The notes under the pieces were generated by a model. It was not told the DNA's origin. It worked only from the letters and a program-made list of their open reading frames with translations, and made no database searches. Shown one piece after another: positions 48,928-57,462 of a stretch of 64,000 bases of DNA; the first letter of the stretch is position 1; every line of letters begins with the position of its first letter. The DNA is from a virus: the IMG/VR virus record IMGVR_UViG_3300025168_000053, positions 1-64,000 of that record; one strand, 5' to 3'. Made by a program: the position numbers and the translations under genes.

Positions 48928-49171
48928 CGCCAACCACCTGTTGTGCGAGAGTTATACTGTTCAACATATCCACGACCAAGTTCGCCCAATTTGGGTCTTG
49001 AGTTATCGCAACCATGTTTTCTTTTTGGCATATTTCAAAGAAGCCAGATTGATTGTTTCGACGGAATGACCAGTCTAACACTTCTGGCGGTGCTTCACCC
49101 TTATGGTGTGCTTGTAGCATTTCTTCGGCTTTCTTTCTTCGGATTTCTTCTAATTCTTGTTCTTCTGTCAT
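48917..49171 (-). CDS. Hypothetical protein
   Basis: Coupled ORF. ELEEIRRKK N-terminal helix as seen in archaeal PDCD5/thioredoxin leaders. Confidence 0.7.
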   Translation of the reverse strand: MTEEQELEEIRRKKAEEMLQAHHKGEAPPEVLDWSFRRNNQSGFFEICQKENMVAITQDPNWANLVVDMLNSITLAQQVVGDGN

Positions 49172-50268
49172 GCGGTTGCCCCCTTTTCATCATAATACGG
49201 ACACTTGCCAACGCACAATCCCTCATGGTAAATCGTGGGGCAAGTTGGAGTCAAATAATACCGATCAACACCATGTTGGAGGTATTTTGAGGTTTCTTTT
49301 GGGCTATAATCCGACCATTCTAAAGAACGTATGAATGCGTGAGTCAATGTCAAGACCTCGCTATTGGGAACTATGGCCTCTCTCGCAGGTCTGGCGAAGT
49401 TCCTGAAATAGTCCATTAGATACATCATCAAGTAAGATCGTGGCTTGTGTGGAGGGTTGCTGCCCTTCTCACAGGCTGCTTGAGCCAAACAGGGAAGCAT
49501 TGGAATGTTATTGATTCTTTGAATATCAACTTCTAAATCCTCCATCTCAAATGTTCTTGTTTCGCTGTTATATCTCCCTTTGAACATATCCACAGAATCA
49601 CGTTCAACAATTTCAAGTTGCATTCCTCGGCCATCATAGAGGTGCATACCAGGGAGGGGGTTGTCGGCTTTCTCAACGATAAAATCCCAACCTTGTTCTA
49701 AATCCTCATGTTGAATTGGGATGCCCCAGATTTGACGTTTGAAATTGTATGTGTTTGGAATGCGTATGTGCCTGTCTGGTCGAAACGATACCACAGGATC
49801 AAGAGTTTTCATATTGTATTGCTTGACCCATTCATTGATTTTCATTCGGCCTGAGAATAGCAAGTCGGCCATCTTATCAGGTGGCAAGACATACTCCCTG
49901 TCAAGTTTAGTCCAAATGTGGAATCCTCCGCCAGTGAACCAAATAGCGTGGCGATAGCCTTTTCTTTTGAAATGTTTTGAAAGAGTCAAAACCTCATCAC
50001 AGCACTTTTCCTTTGCGACTTTCTCATCCAGTCCGTGAACTCGAACACCTTGATCGGCATCGAAGTCCATAACAAAGTGAGGGATAATCGCCGTGTTGTA
50101 TTCACATCGGTTTCCTTTAGGCTTCAACGCTCTAAATCCATACACAGTCGTTGTAAGGTTTCCCTTGCCGTTGGTGGTGTTGATGTAGTGCTGCAACTGT
50201 TTTTCGGTGGAGATAACCTTTCGAGTCCTCATGTCAATTTCACGTGGGAAATGATTGAATAGAGCCAT
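49168..50268 (-). CDS. priS: Archaeo-eukaryotic primase: PriS catalytic domain fused to a PriL-like Fe-S C-terminal domain
   Basis: MDFD, FTGGGFH, RIPNTYN, then LPCL...PPH..R...PTC...GLC..KC. Confidence 0.88.
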   Translation of the reverse strand: MALFNHFPREIDMRTRKVISTEKQLQHYINTTNGKGNLTTTVYGFRALKPKGNRCEYNTAIIPHFVMDFDADQGVRVHGLDEKVAKEKCCDEVLTLSKHFKRKGYRHAIWFTGGGFHIWTKLDREYVLPPDKMADLLFSGRMKINEWVKQYNMKTLDPVVSFRPDRHIRIPNTYNFKRQIWGIPIQHEDLEQGWDFIVEKADNPLPGMHLYDGRGMQLEIVERDSVDMFKGRYNSETRTFEMEDLEVDIQRINNIPMLPCLAQAACEKGSNPPHKPRSYLMMYLMDYFRNFARPAREAIVPNSEVLTLTHAFIRSLEWSDYSPKETSKYLQHGVDRYYLTPTCPTIYHEGLCVGKCPYYDEKGATA

Positions 50269-50272
50269 ATAA

Positions 50273-51367
50273 TCACCATAATTTCATCTGTTTAGTTGCT
50301 TTGGGATTATCCCGATTTGAAAGGTCTATTGAATCCAACATATCAATCCTCTCTCCGATCCATCGCATGACTGGAACGGCCATGCTATTGCCTAATGCTT
50401 TGTATCTATGAGTGTCTGGGCATTCTTCAACAGTTTTTCCTTTCCATGCAATCTGTGTGTAGTTGTCAGGGAAGCCCTGCAATCGCTCGCATTCCATCGG
50501 CGTGAGGCGGCGAACCAAAACCTCTTGCATAACCGCAGGTGCGCCATGCCCGCCAGCCGTTCTTAATGGGCAATGCACATCGCCAGTAAGTTCTTGGTTG
50601 TATAAATCAACACCAGTTCCCTTTTGCACAACCAATGCCTCATGCTCAACTCTTTCGTTTCCAGTCCGTGAATACGGTGGACCAGAACTCGTCATTGTTG
50701 GTCCGACTTTTTCACAATGAACTATTCCTCTTCGCTGAGGTAATCCCCTGCTCTCATCTCCAACGCTTCCCTGAGAGAAGAGGGTAGCACCTTTTCTCTT
50801 CGATCTGCTCTTTTTAAGATCCCTGCTGATGCTCGACTTGTCAAATAAAATCGCTGCGGCACTTCGCCAATCTCCATCAGCACATCCGACAACAAAGACT
50901 CTTCGCCTTCGTTGGGGAACTCCGAAGTATTGAGCGTCAAGAACTCGGTATGCGAACCCATACCCGAGTTTCGCCACTTCTCCGAGGAAGGAGGCGAAAT
51001 CTTCCCCTTCGTTTGAAGACAATAAACCTGGCACGTTTTCATAAATGAACCACCTCGGTTGAATGTTCCTAACAATTCGGAGATAGTGAAGGGCGAGGTT
51101 GCCACGTGGATCATCCATTCCAAGTCGCTTTCCAGCATGGGAGAAAGACTGGCAGGGGCTTCCTCCGACAATGAGTTCGCATTTTCCTTTGTATTGAGTC
51201 CAGTCATGTTTCAACACATCCCCCGCATTTGGAACTTCTGGATAATGATGCTTGAGAACGGCTGATGGGAACTCATCGAAATCAGCGAAAGCGACTGGTT
51301 GCCAGTTGAGGTCTTTCCATCCAACAGAACAGGCTTCGATTCCACTAAACAGGCTGATATATCGCAC
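50273..51367 (-). CDS. C5 DNA cytosine methyltransferase
   Basis: LFSG, GSPCQ, ENV, QRRRR, RRLT..E..RLQGFP, GNS. Confidence 0.96.
   Translation of the reverse strand: MRYISLFSGIEACSVGWKDLNWQPVAFADFDEFPSAVLKHHYPEVPNAGDVLKHDWTQYKGKCELIVGGSPCQSFSHAGKRLGMDDPRGNLALHYLRIVRNIQPRWFIYENVPGLLSSNEGEDFASFLGEVAKLGYGFAYRVLDAQYFGVPQRRRRVFVVGCADGDWRSAAAILFDKSSISRDLKKSRSKRKGATLFSQGSVGDESRGLPQRRGIVHCEKVGPTMTSSGPPYSRTGNERVEHEALVVQKGTGVDLYNQELTGDVHCPLRTAGGHGAPAVMQEVLVRRLTPMECERLQGFPDNYTQIAWKGKTVEECPDTHRYKALGNSMAVPVMRWIGERIDMLDSIDLSNRDNPKATKQMKLW
50722..51207 (-). CDS. Nested alternate-frame ORF, similar to the M.EcoHK31I beta-type polypeptide
   Basis: SLLSDVL...VPQRFYLT..A..GILKRA..R.K.LP..L.EAL is a natural-looking motif I recall from C5-MTase overlapping ORFs. 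Confidence 0.55.
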   Translation of the reverse strand: MTGLNTKENANSLSEEAPASLSPMLESDLEWMIHVATSPFTISELLGTFNRGGSFMKTCQVYCLQTKGKISPPSSEKWRNSGMGSHTEFLTLNTSEFPNEGEESLLSDVLMEIGEVPQRFYLTSRASAGILKRADRREKVLPSSLREALEMRAGDYLSEEE

Positions 51368-51368
51368 A

Positions 51369-52388
51369 TCAATTCCCCTCCGATTTTGCCCTCATTTCAT
51401 GGGGCATCATGTGACGTTCATATTTAGGACAGAAACCTTTGACTCCACACCAGGGCTGGCAAAAATACCTTTCAGCACCAACTGGCTTTGTAGCAAAGTG
51501 CTTTCCATTCAAATCTCCTTTGTAGCGGAGATGTGCTGAAACAAGTGCTTTGAGATCGGTGAGCATATCGGCAACAATACCTGCCTTGACAGGTTCAATA
51601 AAGCGGTATATCTCATTAGGAGAGCCTTCGATGCCCTTTGTATGATCCCAACCCCAATAGCGGATATTCACGCCACCATGATTCGGTTGCTGCGATTTAC
51701 TGAGCATATACACATAGAAAGCCATTTCTTTTGCCATGCTTTCATACTTGGTTTTCTTGTCTTTCCATAGTCCTGTTTTCAATTCGTGAACGTGATAGTC
51801 GCCGTTATCATCCATGAACAGGCGGTCAATGAATCCGTTTAAGTGAACCTGAACCTTTGTTCCGTTAATATCGAGTTCAACGATTGCATCAACGCCAAGT
51901 TCGTTTCCAACTGGTAAAAACGCATTTGGGTTTGAACCCATGAACCGCTTTGCTTCGGACTCCATCAATCGAGATAGGTGTTCAGGCTCGCCCAAATGAT
52001 AATCTTCGCCTGTCGGCAAAGCGTATTCATCATCCCATCCTTTCTTGAGTCGTTCAAGAGGGATTAAAGATTCAAAATATCCTCTTACACCATCATAGCC
52101 ATGTTCATTTTTCATCTGTGTTGCGTATTCAACATCAAGGCTACGATCCATAATGAACTCGTATGCGTCATGCACGTTTGTTCCTCGAATCATGTTATCG
52201 TTTTCAGGTTCTTTGACTCCAAGCACATATTTGATGAAATACTGTTGCTCGCAGGTTTGAAATGTTCCAAGTGATGATTTACTCACACGGAGTATTTTAT
52301 CATCGGCCATCTCAGGATGCCATGCGTATGTTGAATACAAATCTCCGCTTACGGGAACTGGTCTTGGTTGAGGCGGTCTAATTTTCAT
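51369..52388 (-). CDS. PD-(D/E)XK exonuclease (Cas4/RecB/AddB-like)
   Basis: SKSSL...C, GTNVH, GFIDRL, HELKTG and C-terminal C..WC....C. Confidence 0.9.
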   Translation of the reverse strand: MKIRPPQPRPVPVSGDLYSTYAWHPEMADDKILRVSKSSLGTFQTCEQQYFIKYVLGVKEPENDNMIRGTNVHDAYEFIMDRSLDVEYATQMKNEHGYDGVRGYFESLIPLERLKKGWDDEYALPTGEDYHLGEPEHLSRLMESEAKRFMGSNPNAFLPVGNELGVDAIVELDINGTKVQVHLNGFIDRLFMDDNGDYHVHELKTGLWKDKKTKYESMAKEMAFYVYMLSKSQQPNHGGVNIRYWGWDHTKGIEGSPNEIYRFIEPVKAGIVADMLTDLKALVSAHLRYKGDLNGKHFATKPVGAERYFCQPWCGVKGFCPKYERHMMPHEMRAKSEGN

Positions 52389-52939
52389 TTATCCCCCTCC
52401 TGAAAAAGAGTCGTTTGTTTTGCCGATGGGTAATTTGCTTTATCGCCTTTCACTTCAAGTGTCACGATTGTATCATTATGGTTGCCACCGTGACATACAA
52501 GCAATATGCGCTCTATTTTGAAATCGAGTGTCAAACCAATACCGCAGGTATTCCATCCAAATGATATGACTTTTCCACCAGGTCTTACTATTCTGGCTAT
52601 TTCTTTTTTCCAATTCGACCAAACCGAACTTTTTGTATCATGGAGAGGGATTCCTATTTTATCATACACCTCCTTAATTTGACGTGGGGAATAGGGAGGA
52701 TCAAAAAGAACTCCGTCAAGGGAATCATTCTCAAAAGTTTTCAAAAAGTCCAATGCTTCCAAATTAGATTGGGCTTTGGTGTTGGGATTAAGATCGTTTG
52801 TGTATTTCGCCAAATCTGTATTCCTTGCGAATGGATCAGCCCATTCCTCCCCTTTGATTTCTTCCTCCAAAAACAATTTTATTGGTTGGATTGAAAATGT
52901 AAGTGCATTTGGCATTGACCATGATCTATCAATTTTCAT
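52385..52939 (-). CDS. Small amino (N6-A/N4-C) DNA methyltransferase
   Basis: DPFA, LFDPPYS, RIVRPGG. Confidence 0.88.
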   Translation of the reverse strand: MKIDRSWSMPNALTFSIQPIKLFLEEEIKGEEWADPFARNTDLAKYTNDLNPNTKAQSNLEALDFLKTFENDSLDGVLFDPPYSPRQIKEVYDKIGIPLHDTKSSVWSNWKKEIARIVRPGGKVISFGWNTCGIGLTLDFKIERILLVCHGGNHNDTIVTLEVKGDKANYPSAKQTTLFQEGDK

Positions 52940-53909
52940 CAAAAGACCCCCCTACAATATCACAGGTGATGTCCTCTTCTGGCTCAAGCAATACTTCGCA
53001 AGCGGTTGGTTCTTCATCAATGAACTTCTCATCAATACGTTCTATCGCATCATCGCTGTCAAAATCCTCTAACTTCATTTGACCGAGAGCAGTAAAAGAA
53101 ACCGCTTTGCATGATTTACAATCGAACTTTCCTTTCTTTGATGGGGGTTTGTAGCCTTTCTTGAATCGTTCTTCCAATTCTTCAAGCAAATAACCATCCT
53201 TTCCAGGCTTCATGGATCGGAGGCCATGATTGCTCACTTTTACGCTCTCCTTATCCCAGTGCTTGGCTATCTCCCAAAAATCAGGATAGCCACGCCATAG
53301 ATTCCACCATGATTCAAGCGGTTGCTTGATGCAATGGAAGCATCCTAAGCGGTCAAAGTGAACGTAAAGTTCGTTCACCATTTCGAGTCCATCAAGGTAT
53401 TCAATGCAATCCTTCTCAGTCCATCCCCATTCAACCAATGGGTATCTGTTCTTGGCGTTGCGTGGATCATCCTCTTTTCCGACACGGTGCGCTTCATCAG
53501 CAGCGATTCCAATGTATGCAAAATCCGCTTCCTTAGCGACTTTCTGTAAAGGCTGAACCTTTGCTTCTCTCGCCCAGTAGCAAGGATATGCTCGAAGAGG
53601 TGCGCCACGTTGTTTTCCTTTGTTGTTGCCCCTTTTCATCACGCCATAGAACCATTCATCCCAGGTCTTAGGCGAGCCGACCATCTCAAGTTCAAGGTTC
53701 TTTTCAGGATATTTCATGTTAATATATTTCATGACCTCTTTCATGTAGTCAAGCAATTCGGGGAACTCAAATCCTGTATCGGCAAAGACAATTCGATTGA
53801 CGGGCATATCGGGGTCGTTCAATTCCAACATACGCAGCAACATAGCGGTGCTATCCTTACCGCCTGAAAAACAAACCAAACCGATCTTCTCATCCATAAT
53901 ATCAATCAT
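52929..53909 (-). CDS. PAPS-reductase-family (PP-loop) protein
   Basis: FSGGKDS, DTGFEFP, GIAADE..R, YPL, RLGCFHC. Confidence 0.9.
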   Translation of the reverse strand: MIDIMDEKIGLVCFSGGKDSTAMLLRMLELNDPDMPVNRIVFADTGFEFPELLDYMKEVMKYINMKYPEKNLELEMVGSPKTWDEWFYGVMKRGNNKGKQRGAPLRAYPCYWAREAKVQPLQKVAKEADFAYIGIAADEAHRVGKEDDPRNAKNRYPLVEWGWTEKDCIEYLDGLEMVNELYVHFDRLGCFHCIKQPLESWWNLWRGYPDFWEIAKHWDKESVKVSNHGLRSMKPGKDGYLLEELEERFKKGYKPPSKKGKFDCKSCKAVSFTALGQMKLEDFDSDDAIERIDEKFIDEEPTACEVLLEPEEDITCDIVGGSFDEN

Positions 53910-54168
53910 CCGTGTATGTCTTAACGACCACATCATATTCAAGTTTGGCTTCATCAAGACGTTTCTTAACGTGTTTCACAGCATCCTCTCTTGAGATTTC
54001 GTCGCTATGTCGTAGCGACCAGTCTAAGAACCAATCATAGCCCTTAGCACCATATCCTGTATCGAAAGAGATTTTGTGGTCATCAATCAACTGGCCTCGG
54101 ACACGAAACGCATCTTCCATGTCGCCAGATGTGATGGTAATTTGGCAACCTATTTTGACAGAAACCAT
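53902..54168 (-). CDS. Hypothetical protein
   Basis: TGATG-coupled start at 54168 with GGGGTGA SD. Confidence 0.65.
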   Translation of the reverse strand: MVSVKIGCQITITSGDMEDAFRVRGQLIDDHKISFDTGYGAKGYDWFLDWSLRHSDEISREDAVKHVKKRLDEAKLEYDVVVKTYTDD

Positions 54169-54323
54169 CACTTCTTCACCCCAAGTAAAAGCAATCTCGC
54201 AACATCCGATTGGCCGCATTGATAGCAATAAACAGATACAGTCAATCCCTTATTGGGATCGGACTTGACATCAGGCAATGCTCGCCATTGATGCTTGCAG
54301 GTTTGATCCCCGCTTAGAATCAT
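54168..54323 (-). CDS. 51-aa Zn-ribbon-like protein (below the ORF-track cutoff)
   Basis: MILSGDQTCKHQW...CYQCG. Coupled at both ends. Confidence 0.6.
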   Translation of the reverse strand: MILSGDQTCKHQWRALPDVKSDPNKGLTVSVYCYQCGQSDVARLLLLGVKK

Positions 54324-55570
54324 TCCGAATCCTCAGTAATGAGTTCAAGGGTATCTTCTGGATGCTCAAAGGAACCGTCTTGCAGCCCCTTGTAGCCAAA
54401 CCATTGACCGTCTGTGCCGACCTCTTGCTCAAAGAGGATAACTGGCGCAGGGAGGCGCAGGGAGGTTCTATTGAACTTCAATTGCGCTCTTGATATGGTT
54501 TTGCCTGTGAGTTCTCCGATCTCGCTTCTTTCTTGCTCTAAAGAAACCTCAATCAATTGTTCGAGGTCACGCTCAGTATCTTTCATCCATGCCGCAATAT
54601 CAGCACCCATGATTTCGTTTCCGTTGGAATCGTAAGATGGCTTTTGACCTGTGACGACATAGACGTGAACGTTTAGTCGGCTGAGTTCTTGGAATGTGTT
54701 CATGGCTGCTTGGTATCGGTTCTTTCGGAACTCCCAGTTGAAACGGCCAACCTTAGTGGCCGTCTTTCGACCAGAAACCTCAACCGCATCATCACCAAGT
54801 TCCAAATCCTCTATCTTCATTGCAGTTCCACAGATATGCAACCAATGATCCATTCCGTCGAAAACAAACGTCTTGAGGTATGGGTTTGGCATTTTACCGT
54901 GAATCTTGAAGTATTCATCCTGAGATTCAGCGACCTCAAGCGCATACAACAAATCATCCATAGTCTTGTTGAATGTTTCAGGGTAATTGAAAGGCACACG
55001 GCTCTTGGATGCTTTGTTTGTAATCCAGGGGTTGAGGACAACGATGTTCTCTTGCTTGTCCTTGTGATGTGCTGATACGGTGGAATCACCGCCAGCATCA
55101 AAGTCCTCAAGGAAAATCATTGCGCCATTGGCGACTTCCTCATCAGTCAATGAATCAACGAGCATTCCAGATTTACCAGCCTTTCGAGGTCCGACAACGC
55201 CACAAAGAACCTTGCGGTCTGTTCGCACGTGGGCTGATCGAGCAGCAGCAATCCGCTTCCATGCAGGGTTGGCTGATTGGGGCAGCGACCATGCACCGTT
55301 TGGTGCTGAGGCTACGATTGCATCCTCTTCAAGTTCTAATGGTGCTGAATCCACAAGGGCTTCCATTGGGAAGTCCTCAGCAGCGAATCCAGAAACCATT
55401 CCTGTTTGCCTCTCAGCAACAGAAACCCCTGTTGCCGAAATGAGGGGGAGGTTTTGAGCCACCTCAGCAGTTGAAGGGAGGTTTGTAGCCTCAGCCTTCT
55501 TCTCTTGCTGAGAAGGTTCTTTGTTCGTATCAACGGGCTTCCAATTGTCTAAAAATCCTGTTCCAGTCAT
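54320..55570 (-). CDS. RecA-like/AAA_24 (Sak4-like) ATPase
   Basis: GPRKAGKS, DFDAG, FVFDGMD. Adjacent to an SSB-like gene. Confidence 0.75.
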   Translation of the reverse strand: MTGTGFLDNWKPVDTNKEPSQQEKKAEATNLPSTAEVAQNLPLISATGVSVAERQTGMVSGFAAEDFPMEALVDSAPLELEEDAIVASAPNGAWSLPQSANPAWKRIAAARSAHVRTDRKVLCGVVGPRKAGKSGMLVDSLTDEEVANGAMIFLEDFDAGGDSTVSAHHKDKQENIVVLNPWITNKASKSRVPFNYPETFNKTMDDLLYALEVAESQDEYFKIHGKMPNPYLKTFVFDGMDHWLHICGTAMKIEDLELGDDAVEVSGRKTATKVGRFNWEFRKNRYQAAMNTFQELSRLNVHVYVVTGQKPSYDSNGNEIMGADIAAWMKDTERDLEQLIEVSLEQERSEIGELTGKTISRAQLKFNRTSLRLPAPVILFEQEVGTDGQWFGYKGLQDGSFEHPEDTLELITEDSE

Positions 55571-55579
55571 ATAATCACC

Positions 55580-56893
55580 TCAAAAGTTGCTTGTGTGGGA
55601 AATGTCGTTTGCATCGTCTGGGGCTTCTTTAGCGACGATGGATCGGAGAGGCATAGCATACACGCTCTTTGCATCCATGTTGAGATTGACGCTGCCATCA
55701 GTGCCTTGCCATGTTCGAGAGCGAACAATGACCCACAGGCGGCTTCCACTTGCATAATCACGCCATCCACTGGCCTTCTTGACCTGGAATGCGTGTTGCT
55801 TCTCAACAAGGTGTCGGGACACATCAACCCAAAGACTTGCGTTGGCATCCTCTCTTCGGAGGCTGTTTGAAGTAAGGGTGATTGAATGTTTGAATCCACC
55901 CTCGGTGTAAAGATTCTCTTTCCCTGCGTGGTCAATGTAATCAACAGTTCCACTGATAGCGAAGAGGGGGCCGAAGTCCTTACCAGATGAAAGGATTTTG
56001 CGCTCGGCCATGTGATAATCAAAGACATCGGCCAAATCAACAGACGGCATGAAATTAGCAACGAACTGGTCTGGGGCAAACAAAGAGGCGACCTTTGGGC
56101 GGATTGATTCTTCAACCCAATCGAGGCCATACGTTGCATCAATGTCAAGTGCGGTCAATTGGTTCTCATCTGGTTCATCCGATCCAGCAGGTTTCCATGC
56201 TTTTTCCATTTCAGCCTTGAAGGTGATTGGTCGAAGCATTTCGAGTTCGGCATCAGCCGCACCGAAAGAACATTCAAGAGTCATAGGAGGCAAAGCACCT
56301 TCGCTCAAGAACTTCTCTTGGGTGTTGCCGATGAAAAGCCACTTGCGCTTGACCATGAATGCTCTCTTAGGAGAGCGATTGTCGGCCTTGAGCAAACAGA
56401 TGTGGGATGCACCATTATTGATGGCAATGACCCAAAGAGGAACTTTGTCATCGGTTGCCGATTCCTTGTAAAGCAGGGAATCATCAGCACTTTTCACAAT
56501 CCATTCGCTGTTTTCCTTGACAACACGGCCAAGTCCAACGCTTCTGTCGTTTTGCTTGATACCATAGCGTAATGCTTGACCCAAGTTGATTTCGGCTGCT
56601 TCAATGGCAGTATCACGCTGGCGTTCCATCATGTCACGTGTTCCATCATAGGCTACGATCATTCCGACCCATGTTTCGCCTTTACCGCCAGAACCCTTTC
56701 TTCGGACTGAGTTCACTTCAAATGCTGAGGAAAAGAAATCCATGTCGTCTTCTTCAAGATTAGCGAGGACAGTTCCCGCTTGAGTCCATATTTCAGGGTA
56801 ATTTTCTTTCACGAACTCGGAGAACGCTTTGAGCGTTTCTTCGTCAGTCCATCCTTTTTGCTTGCTAATTCGGGTTAATGCTTCATTCATCAT
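55580..56893 (-). CDS. Probable OB-fold ssDNA-binding (RPA-like) protein
   Basis: Beta-rich, acidic C-terminus ending in F, located in the recombination module. Confidence 0.55.
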   Translation of the reverse strand: MMNEALTRISKQKGWTDEETLKAFSEFVKENYPEIWTQAGTVLANLEEDDMDFFSSAFEVNSVRRKGSGGKGETWVGMIVAYDGTRDMMERQRDTAIEAAEINLGQALRYGIKQNDRSVGLGRVVKENSEWIVKSADDSLLYKESATDDKVPLWVIAINNGASHICLLKADNRSPKRAFMVKRKWLFIGNTQEKFLSEGALPPMTLECSFGAADAELEMLRPITFKAEMEKAWKPAGSDEPDENQLTALDIDATYGLDWVEESIRPKVASLFAPDQFVANFMPSVDLADVFDYHMAERKILSSGKDFGPLFAISGTVDYIDHAGKENLYTEGGFKHSITLTSNSLRREDANASLWVDVSRHLVEKQHAFQVKKASGWRDYASGSRLWVIVRSRTWQGTDGSVNLNMDAKSVYAMPLRSIVAKEAPDDANDISHTSNF

Positions 56894-56899
56894 AGGTTT

Positions 56900-57286
56900 T
56901 CACTTCCGTTGGGATTTATCCGAAGGAGGTTGGGTTCTTAAAGCCTCACTAATGCTCTCGATTTGAGCAAGGGCTTCTTCAACCTCTTCGTAATCAAGGG
57001 GTTGCGGCAATATACCATTAAGCCTATCCACCATTTTCAAGCCATTTGACTTTGAACTTAAATTGAAGAAGCGAGAGAACGTATGGCATAATTTTGTGAT
57101 GTCCTCAGTCCGAACAAAAGTCTGTTTCCAAGTAAGACCGATCTTCTCCAATGTTGAATCTAATTCTTCGGTTCGTTTGGAAAACCAAATAATGGGTCTT
57201 ACCTCATAACCGCATTTGAACTTAGTTGAAAGTCGGCAGCGTATTTCGCCTCTCAGCAACATAGCCGACATCAAAGTATTCATCAT
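56900..57286 (-). CDS. Degenerate single-motif LAGLIDADG-like protein
   Basis: KFKCGYEVRPIIWFS resembles the I-CreI-type beta hairpin. ATGA overlap gives the start at 57286. Confidence 0.5.
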   Translation of the reverse strand: MMNTLMSAMLLRGEIRCRLSTKFKCGYEVRPIIWFSKRTEELDSTLEKIGLTWKQTFVRTEDITKLCHTFSRFFNLSSKSNGLKMVDRLNGILPQPLDYEEVEEALAQIESISEALRTQPPSDKSQRK

Positions 57287-57462
57287 ATCACTTTGTTGTA
57301 AAGCCATGCTATCGGGTAAAAAATCAGTATCAATATCAGCAAGACCAGACTCAGTGTTGATATTGCGAACATCACCATTGTTAATCTCAGCCATCCTTTA
57401 ATCCCCTCTTCCTTTACAGCCCATGAAGTCCATGAAAGCCATATTTTAGTCAGTATCTCCAT
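57283..57462 (-). CDS. Small membrane protein
   Basis: Hydrophobic stretch of about 30 aa, overlapping both neighbours. Confidence 0.6.
   Translation of the reverse strand: MEILTKIWLSWTSWAVKEEGIKGWLRLTMVMFAISTLSLVLLILILIFYPIAWLYNKVI

Noticed and set aside
51369-52388. Cas4 as evidence of a CRISPR system
   Set aside because: No array or other cas genes. Stand-alone Cas4-like nucleases are common in archaeal viruses.
55567-56148. 193-aa alternate-frame ORF and other long antisense/shadow ORFs (e.g. 12119-12634, 22264-22728, 42981-43502, 62924-63469)
   Set aside because: They lie within better-supported genes and have no motifs or SD sites. Only 50722-51207 had a protein-like motif.
57287-57394. 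N-terminal extension of the 164-aa ORF
   Set aside because: It overlaps a more plausible membrane ORF, and the ATGA coupling favours the start at 57286.
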